64,000 bases of DNA from Rebecca billardiae RCC1528 (lineage: Eukaryota > Protista > Haptophyta): NCBI GenBank assembly GCA_965240325.2, contig OZ251223.1, positions 186,001 to 250,000 on the forward strand, given 5' to 3'. The notes below the pieces were generated by a model, which saw only the letters and a program-made list of their open reading frames with translations, was not told the origin of the DNA and ran no database searches. This document shows positions 1 to 9,261 of this stretch, piece after piece. Position 1 is the first letter of the stretch; the number at the start of each line of letters is the position of its first letter. The translations under genes and the position numbers were made by a program.

Positions 1-382
1 AGAGTGCACCGAGTGAGGATCCGATGCAGGCGATCCCCCTGCCCAGCTCGGCGCCTTCGTCGCAGCAAGCAGCCCATGCGCCCCACGAGCCGGAAGCTTG
101 GCCCCGATAACTTGGCCTCGATGAGCGAGTAACAAACCGAGTCCTGCAGGTGCGCCGCTGCGCGGGCCGGATTGGCAGCGGCACTGTCAGGACCGGTTCC
201 TGCGCGCGGCGGTGCGCGCGGCGGCGCGGCGCGGTCCGGGACCGAACGCTGGATGTCATGCGAGCCGCCAGATTCTTGGCGTTGCTCATAGACACTCATC
301 ATCAGTTATTATTCCCTGCTATAACGCCACTACATAATTATATGATGCGCATCATATTATCGTAGTCATATTGATGTCGGCG

Positions 383-3300
383 TCATGGCGGATCGATGAC
401 GACGCGGCTGTCGCCGTCAGCCGGCGGCACGGGGCAGCTCGTCATCACCATTGCCGCCGCCGCTAGCGACGGCAGCGGCGCCCCATCCCACGGTTCGACG
501 CTGCCGCCGGCACTGCCGCCGGGCCGCACGGCCGCGCAGCTGTCGGCCTTGGCGGCGCCGCCGCCAGCGCGCTGCCCGGCGGCTGCGCGCTGCGGCGGCT
601 GTGCCTGTGTCGTGAAGCGGTTGAACTCATAAGCCTCGGACCAGAGGAGGCCGCCTGCGTCCGCGCCGGCGCCGTGGACGATGTACTGACGCCAGTCGCC
701 CGCGATGAAGCCCTCGCCCTGGGGCACACCGCGCGGCGGCTGCGCGTGCTCGCCCCCGTCCGGCGTGGCCGCGGCCGCCGCCTCCTGCTGGGCGCCGCCG
801 ACGCCCGGCGCGCCGCCGGGCGCGCGTGCGCCGCGCGGCGCGTCGCACGCGCGCTGTCCGAGCAGCCCGTGGGCCTCGTCCGCGGCGCACGCGCGCTCGA
901 AGCTGAAGCTCAGGTCGATGTAGCCGAACGTGGTGCGCAGCGGCGCGCGCCCGCCGTAGATGAGCACGCGGTTGAGCACCAGCTCGCACGGCTCGGGCTC
1001 GTCCTCGGTCGCGCCGCCACGCCGTGGCTCGGCACCGCTGCCGCCGCCGCCACCCGTCTGCGCGGGGCGCTCAGGCGGCCCGTTGGTGCGCTGCGCGGCG
1101 GCCGTGCGCTCGCAGCGCTCCAGGCGGCGCGCGAGCATGCGCGGCAGCGCGCCGAGCACGTGCTGCCGGGTGAGCTCGAGCGAGCAGTTGCACTCGACGC
1201 CGCGCACGCGCAGCCGGCGCAGCCGCGTGTCCACGTCCGTCGCGCCGCGCGGCACGACGGCCTTCTCGGCGTGGGCGGGCAGCTGCACGTCTGTCCACGC
1301 GCACGCGGCCGAGGTCTCGTCACACGAGTACCGCTCGTGCTGCAGCTCGGCGAGCAGCGCGCCGTCCGGGCCGTGCACGCGCGTGCGCCCGAGCGGCACG
1401 GGCTCGCCGTCGAGCGTCGGCGGGCGGGAGCGGTCGACGGGCAGCAGCACGCGGTGGCGCGCCGCGGCGCCCCCGGCGCTGCCGTGCGGCTGCTGCGTGG
1501 CGGCGCCGCCGCTGCTCAGCGCGACGCCGATGTCGCCGAGCACCGTGTGCGTGAGGTCGTGCACGGCAAAGGCGTCGGGGACGTCCGCGAAGCGCGCGTG
1601 CAGCTGCAGCCCGCGCGTCGAGATCAGGTTGAACACCTGGCCGCCCTCGCCGGACACTTCGTACCGGACTCCGTCGCTGCCGGTGAAGAGCGGGTCGTCG
1701 CCGGCGGTGGAGGGCGGCGGCGGGCTTGGCGGGTCAGGGGGCGGCGAGGGCGGGCTGGGCGGGGAGGGCGGAGGGCTGGGTGGAGAGGGCGGCGGCGGCG
1801 GCGACGGCGGTGGGCTTGGTGGCGGCGAGGGCGGCGGGCTCGGCGGCGGGCTTGGCGGCGGGCTCGGCGGCGGTGGGCTGGGTGGCGGACTCGGCGGAGG
1901 CGAGGGCGGCGGGCTCGGCGGCGGCGATGGCGGCGGGCTCGGCGGCGGCGATGGCGGCGGGCTCGGCGGCGGGCTCGGTGGCGGCGATGGCGGCGGGCTC
2001 GGCGGCGGGCTCGGCGGCGGGCTCGGCGGCGGGCTCGGCGGCGGGCTTGGCGGCGGGCTCGGAGGCGGCGGGCTGGGCGGCGGGCTGGGTGGCGGGCTCG
2101 GCGGGGGTGAAGGCGGCGGGCTGGGCGGCGGGCTCGGCGGCGGTGACGGCGGCGGGCTCGGCGGCGGTGGCGGGCTCGGCGGCGGGCTCGGCGGAGGCGA
2201 AGGCGGCGGGCTCGGCGGCGGGCTCGGCGGCGGGCTCGGCGGGGGAGAAGGCGGCGGGCTCGGCGGCGGGCTCGGCGGCGGGCTCGGCGGCGGGCTCGGC
2301 GGAGGTGGCGGGCTCGGTGGCGGGCTGGGCGGCGGGCTGGGCGGCGGGCTGGGCGGCGGGCTGGGCGGCGGGCTCGGCGGCGGGCTGGGCGGCGGGCTCG
2401 GAGGCGGCGGGCTCGGTGGTGGGCTCGGCGGCGGGCTCGGCGGGGGCGAAGGCGGCGGGCTCGGCGGCGGGCTCGGCGGCGGGCTCGGCGGCGGCGATGG
2501 CGGCGGGCTCGGCGGCGGGCTCGGTGGCGGGCTCGGCGGCGGGCTCGGCGGCGGGCTGGGCGGCGGGCTGGGCGGCGGGCTGGGCGGCGGGCTCGGAGGC
2601 GGCGGGCTCGGTGGTGGGCTCGGCGGGGGCGAAGGCGGCGGGCTCGGCGGCGGGCTCGGCGGCGGGCTCGGCGGTGGCGATGGCGGCGGGCTCGGCGGCG
2701 GGCTGGGCGGTGGGCTGGGCGGCGGGCTGGGCGGCGGGCTGGGCGGCGGGCTCGGAGGCGGTGGGCTGGGCGGTGGGCTCGGCGGCGGGCTCGGCGGGGG
2801 CGAAGGCGGTGGGCTCGGCGGCGGGCTCGGCGGCGGGCTGGGCGGCGGGCTCGGCGGCGGTGGCGGACTCGGCGGCGGGCTCGGTGGAGGCGAAGGCGGC
2901 GGGCTCGGCGGCGGGCTCGGCGGCGGGCTCGGCGGGGGCGAAGGCGGCGGGCTCGGCGGCGGCGAAGGCGGCGGGCTCGGCGGCGGCGATGGCGGCGGAC
3001 TCGGCGGCGGGCTCGGTGGCGGGCTGGGCGGCGGGCTCGGAGGCGGCGGGCTCGGCGGCGGGCTCGGCGGCGGGCTCGGCGGCGGCGATGGCGGCGGGCT
3101 GGGCGGCGGGCTCGGCGGCGGGCTCGGTGGCGGCGATGGCGGCGGGCTCGGCGGCGGGCTCGGCGGCGGGCTTGGCGGCGGGCTTGGAGGCGGCGGACTG
3201 GGCGGCGGGCTGGGTGGCGGGCTCGGCGGGGGTGAAGGCGGCGGGCTGGGCGGCGGGCTCGGCGGGGGCGACGGCGGCGGGCTCGGCGGCGGTGGCGGGC

Positions 3301-6300
3301 TCGGCGGCGGGCTCGGCGGAGGCGAAGGCGGCGGGCTCGGTGGCGGGCTCGGCGGCGGGCTCGGCGGGGGCGAAGGCGGCGGGCTCGGCGGCGGGCTCGG
3401 CGGCGGGCTCGGCGGCGGGCTCGGCGGAGGTGGCGGACTCGGTGGCGGGCTCGGCGGCGGGCTGGGCGGCGGGCTGGGGGGCGGGCTGGGCGGCGGGCTG
3501 GGCGGCGGGCTCGGCGGCGGGCTCGGAGGCGGCGGGCTTGGTGGTGGGCTCGGCGGCGGGCTCGGCGGCGGCGAAGGCGGCGGGCTCGGCGGCGGAAGCG
3601 GCGGTGGGCTCGGCGGCGGCGATGGCGGCGGAGTCGGCGGCGGGCTCGGTGGCGGCGATGGCGGCGGGCTCGGTGGCGGGCTGGGCGGCGGCGGGCTGGG
3701 CGGCGGGGACGGGGGTGGCGGGCTGGGCGGCGGGCTGGGCGGCGGGCTGGGAGGCGGGCTGGGCGGTGGGGTCGGCGGCGGGCTCGGCGGCGGGCTCGGC
3801 GGAGGCGAAGGCGGAGGGCTCGGCGGCGGGCTGGGCGGCGGCGGGCTGGGCGGCGGGGACGGGGGTGGCGGGCTGGGCGGCGGGCTGGGCGGCGGGCTGG
3901 GCGGCGGGCTGGGCGGTGGGGACGGAGGCGGGCTCGGGGGCGGCGGGCTTGGTGGCGGCGAAGGCGGCGGGCTTGGCGGCGGGCTTGGCGGCGGGCTTGG
4001 AGGTGGCGGCGGGCTCGGGGGCGGCGATGGTGGCGGGCTGGGCGGCGGGCTTGGCGGTGGGCTCGGCGGTGGCGACGGCGGCGGGCTCGGAGGCGGCGGC
4101 GGGCTGGGAGGCGGGCTGGGCGGTGGGGACGGCGGCGGGCTCGGGGGCGGTGGGCTGGGCGGCGGGCTCGGTGGTGGACTCGGCGGCGGGCTCGGCGGCG
4201 GGCTTGGCGGGGGTGACGGAGGCGGCGGGCTCGGCGGCGGGCTCGGCGGCGGCGGGCTCGGCGGCGGCGATGGCGGCGGGCTCGGCGGCGGGCTCGGCGG
4301 TGGGCTGGGCGGCGGGCTCGGCGGCGGGCTCGGAGGCGGCGGGCTGGGCGGCGGGCTGGGGGGCGGGCTGGGCGGTGGGGACGGCGGCGGGCTCGGGGGC
4401 GGCGGGCTCGGAGGTGGCGACGGCGGCGGCGGCGATGGCGGGGGTGACGGCGGTGGCGGTGACGGTGGTGGTAACGGTGGCGGTGGCGATGGCGGCGGCG
4501 ACGGCGGTGGTGGTGACGGTGGCGGCGACGGTGGTGGTGACGGCGGCGGTGGCGATGGTGGCGGCGATGGCGGCGGTGACGGCGGCGGGCTCGGTGGCGG
4601 TGACGGTGGAGGCGGCGGGCTCGGCGGCGGGCTCGGCGGCGGGCTCGGCGGCGGGCTTGGCGGGGGTGACGGAGGCGGCGGGCTCGGCGGCGGGCTCGGC
4701 GGCGGCGGGCTCGGCGGCGGCGATGGCGGCGGTGACGGTGGTGGTGACGGTGGTGGACTCGGCGGCGGGCTCGGCGGCGGGCTCGGAGGCGGCGGGCTGG
4801 GCGGCGGGCTGGGAGGCGGGCTGGGCGGTGGGGACGGCGGCGGGCTCGGTGGCGGCGGGCTCGGAGGTGGCGACGGCGGCGGCGATGGCGGCGGTGACGG
4901 TGGCGGGCTCGGTGGCGGCGACGGCGGCGGTGGGGGGCTCGGCGGCGGGCTCGGCGGCGGCGACGGTGGTGGCGACGGCGGCGGCGGCGACGGTGGTGGC
5001 AACGGCGGCGGCGGCGAGGGCGGCGGCAAGGGCGGCGGTGGTGACGGTGGTGGCAACGGCGGCGGCGGCGAGGGCGGTGGCGATGGCGGCGGCGGTGACG
5101 GCGGTGGCGACGGTGGTGGCGAGGGCGGCGGTGGCGAGGGCGGTGGCAAGGGCGGTGGTGGAGACGGCGGCGGCGACGGCGGTGGCGGTGACGGTGGCGG
5201 TGACGGTGGTGGTGACGGTGGCGGTGGCGACGGCGGTGGGCTCGGGGGAGGCGGGCTCGGCGGCGGGCTCGGTGGCGGCGGGCTCGGAGGTGGCGACGGC
5301 GGCGGTGATGGCGGCGGCGGGCTCGGAGGTGGAAGGGGCGGCGGCGGCGATGGCGGCGGTGACGGCGGTGGCGGCGACGGTGGAGGCGACGGCGGTGGCG
5401 GCGACGGTGGTGGCAACGGCGGCGGCGGCGATGGCGGCGGCAAGGGCGGCGGTGGTGACGGTGGAGGCGAGGGCGGCGGCGGCGAGGGCGGTGGCGATGG
5501 CGGCGGCGGTGACGGCGGTGGCGAAGGTGGTGGTGAGGGCGGCGGCGGCGAGGGCGGCGGCGAGGGCGGCGGTGGTGACGGCGGCGGCAACGGCGGTGGC
5601 GGTGACGGTGGCGGTGACGGTGGTGGTGACGGTGGCGGCGGCGATGGTGGCGGCGATGGCGGCGGTGACGGCGGCGGGCTCGGTGGCGGTGACGGCGGAG
5701 GCGGCGGGCTCGGCGGCGGGCTCGGCGGCGGCGGGCTCGGAGGTGGAAGGGGCGGCGGCGGCGATGGCGGCGGTGACGGCGGCGGCGGCGACGGCGGTGG
5801 CGACGGCGGCGGCGGCGACGGTGGTGGCAACGGCGGCGGCGGCGAGGGCGGTGGCGAGGGCGGCGGTGGTGACGGTGGTGGCGAGGGCGGCGGCGGCGAG
5901 GGGGGTGGCGATGGCGGCGGCGGTGACGGCGGTGGCGTAGGTGGTGGCGAGGGCGGCGGCGGCGAGGGCGGTGGCGAGGGCGGCGGTGGTGACGGCGGCG
6001 GCGACGGCGGTGGCGGTGACGGTGGCGGTGACGGTGGTGGTGACGGCGGCGGCGGCGATGGTGGCGGCGATGGCGGCGGTGACGGCGGCGGGCTCGGTGG
6101 CGGCGACGGCGGAGGCGGCGGGCTCGGCGGCGGGCTCGGCGGCGGCGGGCTCGGAGGTGGAAGGGGCGGCGGCGGCGATGGCGGCGGTGACGGCGGTGGC
6201 GGTGACGGCGGTGGCGACGGCGGCGGGCTCGGCGGCGGGCTCGGCGGCGGGCTCGGCGGCGGCGGGCTCGGCGGTGGCGACGGCGGCGGCGGGCTCGGCG

Positions 6301-7810
6301 GCGGGAGTGGCGGCGGGCTCGGCGGGTGCGGTGGCGTCTGCGCGCTCAGCCCGAGAATCCACACCGCGCCCTGGTCGGAGAGGTTCTCGTCGACCTTCGA
6401 CGCGCCGACCGCCACCTCCGCCTTCCCGTCCGCGTTGAGGTCGCCCAGCGCCGCCGCGCACCCGCCAAACGTGTCGGACGCGCTCAGCGGCGAGCCAAAT
6501 CCGGACGCGCCGTTCTCGACGCTCTCGGAGTACCGGACTGTGCCGTCTCGCCAGAGGTAGAGGACGTACGCGACGCCCTTCGAGCCGTCGTACCCGCTCG
6601 CGCCGACGAGCGCGTCCTTGATCCCGTCGCCGTCGATGTCGACCCCGCTGCCGCCCACCGCCGCACCAAAGAAGGCGCTCGCCTGCGAGAGGCCCGTCTT
6701 GTCGCCGCCGCCCTGCGTCTGCGAAATCTTCTGGAAGGACTTGAGCGTGCCGTCGGACTGGAGGAACATGATGTACACCGCGCCGATGTTGTTGTTGCCG
6801 CCGTCGTCGTCGAACTGCGCGCCCACGATGATGTCGACCACGCCGTCGTTGTCCAGGTCCCCGAGCGACGAGACGTCGGAGCCAAAGTTGCCCACCTCAA
6901 ACGTGCCGCCCGTGTCGACCGTCAGGTGGTAGTGCGCCACCTCCGACTTGACGGTGCCGAAGCTCGTGAGGAAGAGCACGAGGACGTAGCCCATGCCGGG
7001 CGCACCCACGATCACGTCCTCGTTGCCGTCGCCGTCCATGTCGCCAATCCCCGCGGCGCTGTACCCGAACCACGCGCCCGCGGTGAGCGTGAGCGTCAGC
7101 CCGCCCTGGCCGGAGGCGATGCGCGAGCTGGACGAGATGGTGCCGGACGAGGCCATGAAGGCGATGTACGCCGCGCCGAACTGGCCGTCGGCCATCCAGT
7201 CGCCGAGGATCAGATCCGTCACGCCGTCCCCGTTGAGGTCGCCCACCGCGCCCACGCCGCCGCCGAGCGCGGTCGTCCCGTCAATCTCGACCTCGTAGTT
7301 TCCGTGAACCGTTCCGTTCGGACGGAGGAGGAGGAGCCAGGCGGAGCCGCCGCCATTGGCGTTGCCGTTGCCCACGAGGAGGTCCTGGACGCCGTCCCCG
7401 TCGAAGTCGCCGAGCGGCTGGCAGTGGTGCCCGAACTGCGCGCCGTTCACCAGCGGCAGCGTGAGGCCGCCCTGCTCATGACCCACCTTCATCAGGTTGG
7501 TCACCGTGTCTTGCGCGCCCGCGCGCGCGCCCAGGCTCGCGAGGACGAGGGCGGCGAGCGAGGCGCGCGCCAGCGGGAGCGATGCGCCAGGCCCACGAGC
7601 GCAGCCGGCGTCCCGAGGGCGCGGCGTGCGCAGGGCCAATTCGCGCGCGGCGGCGGCGCGGCCGGCGCGGAGCGAGGCTGGCGGGCGCCGCGCGAGCCGC
7701 GACGCCGTCCGCCTCGCGATGGCCAGAGCAGCGTACGCGATGAGCACGCTCGCCAAAAGCACGCAGAGGCCCGCGAGGGCGAAGGGCTGCATCCCCGCGC
7801 CGATCGACAT
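383..7810 (-). CDS. Giant secreted/surface glycoprotein: FG-GAP (integrin-alpha-like) beta-propeller, ~1500-aa Ser-Pro3-5 extensin-like rod, C-terminal root-cap/VWD-like domain
   Basis: Repeated FG...GDxDGDGxxDxxVGA motifs, then SPPP repeats (~1705-6340), then GDDPLFTGSDGVRYEVSGEGGQVFNLIS. Probable start is MSIGAG (ATG at 7810), followed by hydrophobic segments. The ORF-track extension to 8215 runs into a MITE. Confidence 0.8.
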   Translation of the reverse strand: MSIGAGMQPFALAGLCVLLASVLIAYAALAIARRTASRLARRPPASLRAGRAAAARELALRTPRPRDAGCARGPGASLPLARASLAALVLASLGARAGAQDTVTNLMKVGHEQGGLTLPLVNGAQFGHHCQPLGDFDGDGVQDLLVGNGNANGGGSAWLLLLRPNGTVHGNYEVEIDGTTALGGGVGAVGDLNGDGVTDLILGDWMADGQFGAAYIAFMASSGTISSSSRIASGQGGLTLTLTAGAWFGYSAAGIGDMDGDGNEDVIVGAPGMGYVLVLFLTSFGTVKSEVAHYHLTVDTGGTFEVGNFGSDVSSLGDLDNDGVVDIIVGAQFDDDGGNNNIGAVYIMFLQSDGTLKSFQKISQTQGGGDKTGLSQASAFFGAAVGGSGVDIDGDGIKDALVGASGYDGSKGVAYVLYLWRDGTVRYSESVENGASGFGSPLSASDTFGGCAAALGDLNADGKAEVAVGASKVDENLSDQGAVWILGLSAQTPPHPPSPPPLPPPSPPPPSPPPSPPPPSPPPSPPPSPPPSPPPSPPPPSPPPSPPPPLPPPSPPPPSPPPSPPPPPSPPPSPPPSPPPSPPPSPPPPSPPPSPPPSPPPPSPPPSPPPPSPPPSPPPPSPPPTPPPSPPPPSPPPSPPPPSPPPSPPPPSPPPSPPPPLPPPSPPPPSPPPSPPPPSPPPSPPPPLPPPSPPPPSPPPSPPPPPSPPPSPPPSPPPSPPPSPPPPSPPPSPPPSPPPPLPPPSPPPPSPPPSPPPPSPPPSPPPSPPPPSPPPSPPPPSPPPSPPPPLPPPSPPPPLPPPSPPPPSPPPSPPPPSPPPSPPPPLPPPSPPPPSPPPSPPPSPPPPSPPPSPPPPSPPPSPPPPSPPPSPPPSPPPPSPPPSPPPPLPPPSPPPPSPPPSPPPSPPPPSPPPSPPPPLPPPSPPPPLPPPSPPPPLPPPSPPPPSPPPSPPPSPPPSPPPPPSPPPSPPPSPPPSPPPSPPPSPPPPSPPPSPPPSPPPSPPPSPPPPSPPPSPPPSPPPSPPPSPPPSPPPSPPPPSPPPSPPPPSPPPSPPPSPPPSPPPSPPPPPSPPPSPPPSPPPSPPPSPPPPSPPPSPPPSPPPPSPPPSPPPPLPPPSPPPPSPPPSPPPPSPPPSPPPPSPPPSPPPSPPPSPPPSPPPPSPPPSPPPSPPPSPPPSPPPSPPPSPPPPSPPPSPPPPSPPPSPPPSPPPSPPPSPPPSPPPPSPPPSPPPSPPPSPPPPPSPPPSPPPSPPPSPPPSPPPSPPPSPPPPPSPPPSPPPSPPPSPPPSPPPPSPPPSPPPSPPPSPPPSPPPSPPPPSPPPSPPPPSPPPSPPPSPPPSPPPSPPPTPPPSPPPSPPPSPPPSPPPPSPPPSPPPPSPPPSPPPSPPPSPPPTPPPSPPPSPPPLPPPSPPPSPPPSPPPSPPPSPPPPSPPPSPPPSPPPSPPPSPPPSPPPSPPPSPPPPPSPPPSPPPSPPPSPPPSPPPSPPPSPPPSPPPSPPPSPPPSPPPPPSPPPSPPPSPPPSPPPSPPPSPPPSPPPSPPPPSPPPSPPPSPPPSPPPSPPPSPPPSPPPSPPPSPPPSPPPSPPPSPPPPSPPPSPPPSPPPSPPPSPPPSPPPSPPPSPPPSPPPSPPPSPPPSPPPSPPPSPPPSPPPPPSPPPSPPPSPPPSPPPSPPPSPPPSPPPSPPPPSPPPSPPPSPPPSPPPSPPPSPPPSPPPSPPPSPPPSPPPSPPPSPPPSPPPPSPPPSPPPSPPPSPPPSPPPSPPPSPPPSPPPSPPPSPPPSPPPSPPPSPPPSPPPSPPPSPPPPSPPPSPPPSPPPSPPPSPPPSPPPSPPPSPPPPPSPPPSPPPSPPPSPPPSPPPSPPPSPPPSPPPSPPPSPPPSPPPPPSPPPSPPPSPPPSPPPSPPPSPPPSPPPSPPPPSPPPSPPPSPPPSPPPSPPPSPPPSPPPSPPPSPPPSPPPSPPPSPPPSPPPSPPPSPPPSPPPPSPPPSPPPSPPPSPPPSPPPSPPPPPSPPSPPPSPPSPPSPPPDPPSPPPPSTAGDDPLFTGSDGVRYEVSGEGGQVFNLISTRGLQLHARFADVPDAFAVHDLTHTVLGDIGVALSSGGAATQQPHGSAGGAAARHRVLLPVDRSRPPTLDGEPVPLGRTRVHGPDGALLAELQHERYSCDETSAACAWTDVQLPAHAEKAVVPRGATDVDTRLRRLRVRGVECNCSLELTRQHVLGALPRMLARRLERCERTAAAQRTNGPPERPAQTGGGGGSGAEPRRGGATEDEPEPCELVLNRVLIYGGRAPLRTTFGYIDLSFSFERACAADEAHGLLGQRACDAPRGARAPGGAPGVGGAQQEAAAAATPDGGEHAQPPRGVPQGEGFIAGDWRQYIVHGAGADAGGLLWSEAYEFNRFTTQAQPPQRAAAGQRAGGGAAKADSCAAVRPGGSAGGSVEPWDGAPLPSLAAAAMVMTSCPVPPADGDSRVVIDPP
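1705..6340 (-). repeat. Coding tandem repeat array (Ser-Pro3-5)n, 12/15-bp units with higher-order blocks
   Basis: ggcggcgggctc-type units on the + strand over ~4.6 kb. Confidence 0.95.
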
Positions 7811-7912
7811 GGCGGGTCCCGAGGGCCAAAGGGGCGCTCTCCAGGCCAGCGGGTACGGCGAGGCCTCGAGCAAGACAGCTCTCCAGTAGTGTGCAAGGGG
7901 TCCGCACCTTGC

Positions 7913-8660
7913 GCTTGCAAACCAAGCCCCCCAAAGCAAGGGCGGTGCCCAAAGCGTCTGCTCGCGACTCACACCGAACTCGGGTTCTCGGTGTGATCCG
8001 GGAGCAGTTTTGAATACGTTCTGCGCGTGCGCGGGCACTCCCGGACAGCCGTCGCCTAAGAGGCCCAGCCTGCGCGCCCTCCTCGTCGTCCGCCGTGGCG
8101 CGTGCGCGTCGAGGCGCATGGCGGCTTTAGTCGGGCCAGTCGTGCGTGTGCTCGCGGTTCGAGCACGCCCCGCGACCGATACGCATGTCTTTTCGTTCCA
8201 TCCTTTTGCTCGCACTGCGCTCTCCTCGCCGACAGCCTTGTGATCACGCGCGCCGCCATTTCAACCGGTTGCTGGCCTGCCAGCTGTCGAGCGTGTGTGT
8301 GCGGTCTGATCGATGTCGGCATGGCTGCCGGCGAAGCAGTGATGCTGAGTACACCCATACCCATCTCGCAGAAGCGAAAAAGCCGACCTTTGAATGCCCC
8401 AGGGGCGCACGCGTGCCCATCACGCTCGTCGGACAGGCCTTCTCCAGAACTGCGCTTGCCATCCGGCAGGTCTCTGCGCGCGGAGAGGGCGGCGAGGGCG
8501 TCGACGAGGCGGCACGATTGCTGCCTACGGGTCTTCTAGCCCCCACAAAGCGCCCGCGCACGGCTGTCACGCCCGCATGCGGCCTTGGGAGCGCTGCGCA
8601 GGCGGGCCCTCGCGTCGCCCAGTGCTCGCCATCCCATTTTGGGGGGCTTGGTTTGCAAGC
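7913..8660. mobile_element. MITE / non-autonomous DNA transposon, 748 bp
   Basis: Perfect 23-bp inverted repeats gcttgcaaaccaagccccccaaa (7913-7935) and tttggggggcttggtttgcaagc (8638-8660). The direct repeat cttgc sits immediately outside both ends (7908-7912, 8661-8665). Confidence 0.8.
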
Positions 8661-8894
8661 CTTGCGCCGCCTTGCTGGCTTTGCCGACCAGCGTGATCGA
8701 GGCGTTGAGAAATCCGGCCGATCGACCGACGTCGTCGAGATAGGAACGTAAGCTACCCGCATAATAGAGATCTCGCCGACCTCGCCACTCGTCGGCTTCA
8801 GGCCCGTCGGCCGTGTTCAATAGATGCCAATATGCATGATGAGGCGGCAAGTTGATTAACAGACGGGTGAACGGCCTGTATCGACTCGTGTTTT

Positions 8895-8970
8895 TAAATT
8901 CCCCTTTATAACGGGCTCCGGGTGATCAGGCTGGCGGCCGAAGCCTCCAGCCCTACCCTGGCCAGCCCCC
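8895..8970 (-). repeat. 76-bp dispersed hairpin repeat, copy 1 (retroposon 3'-end-like)
   Basis: Identical to 54664-54739. Flanked by the imperfect direct repeat cgactcgtgttttta / cgagtcgtattttta. Confidence 0.8.
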
Positions 8971-9261
8971 CGAGTCGTATTTTTAGGCGCTCGTAGTTGT
9001 CGTCAGCCCCCGCCCGGGCACGCACAAGGCTCCTGAGAGAACTGCCCACGTCACCCTGTCCTGGCTTGATCAAGGGGGGGTTGCTTGATCTGAGCTTTGG
9101 TTCCTCTGATCAGCAGGCAGGGCTCGTCGCCTGCCAGCAGGGCTTCGTCACTTCCGCTCTCGGGTCGGTGGCTTTGTGTTGCGCCGAGCGAGCAGGGCAG
9201 CCTGCTCACCAGCCAGCCAGCCAGCCACTTCCCGAGCGCCGCGAAGCGTGCCACCGCAGCC

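Noticed and set aside
960-6560. Very long Gly-rich and Ala-rich ORFs (960-6560 +, 1726-5940 +, 1734-6461 -)
   Set aside because: Antisense or alternate-frame shadows of the Ser-Pro repeat; only the 383-7810 frame carries recognisable domains at both ends
7811-8215. N-terminal 135-aa extension of the giant ORF
   Set aside because: Lies mostly within the MITE and has no protein-like features; probably open by chance
8895-8970. 76-bp hairpin as a SECIS element, hammerhead ribozyme or tRNA
   Set aside because: No UGA/GA quartet for SECIS, CUGAUCA does not fit the hammerhead CUGANGA core and no GAAA partner is present, and there is no cloverleaf
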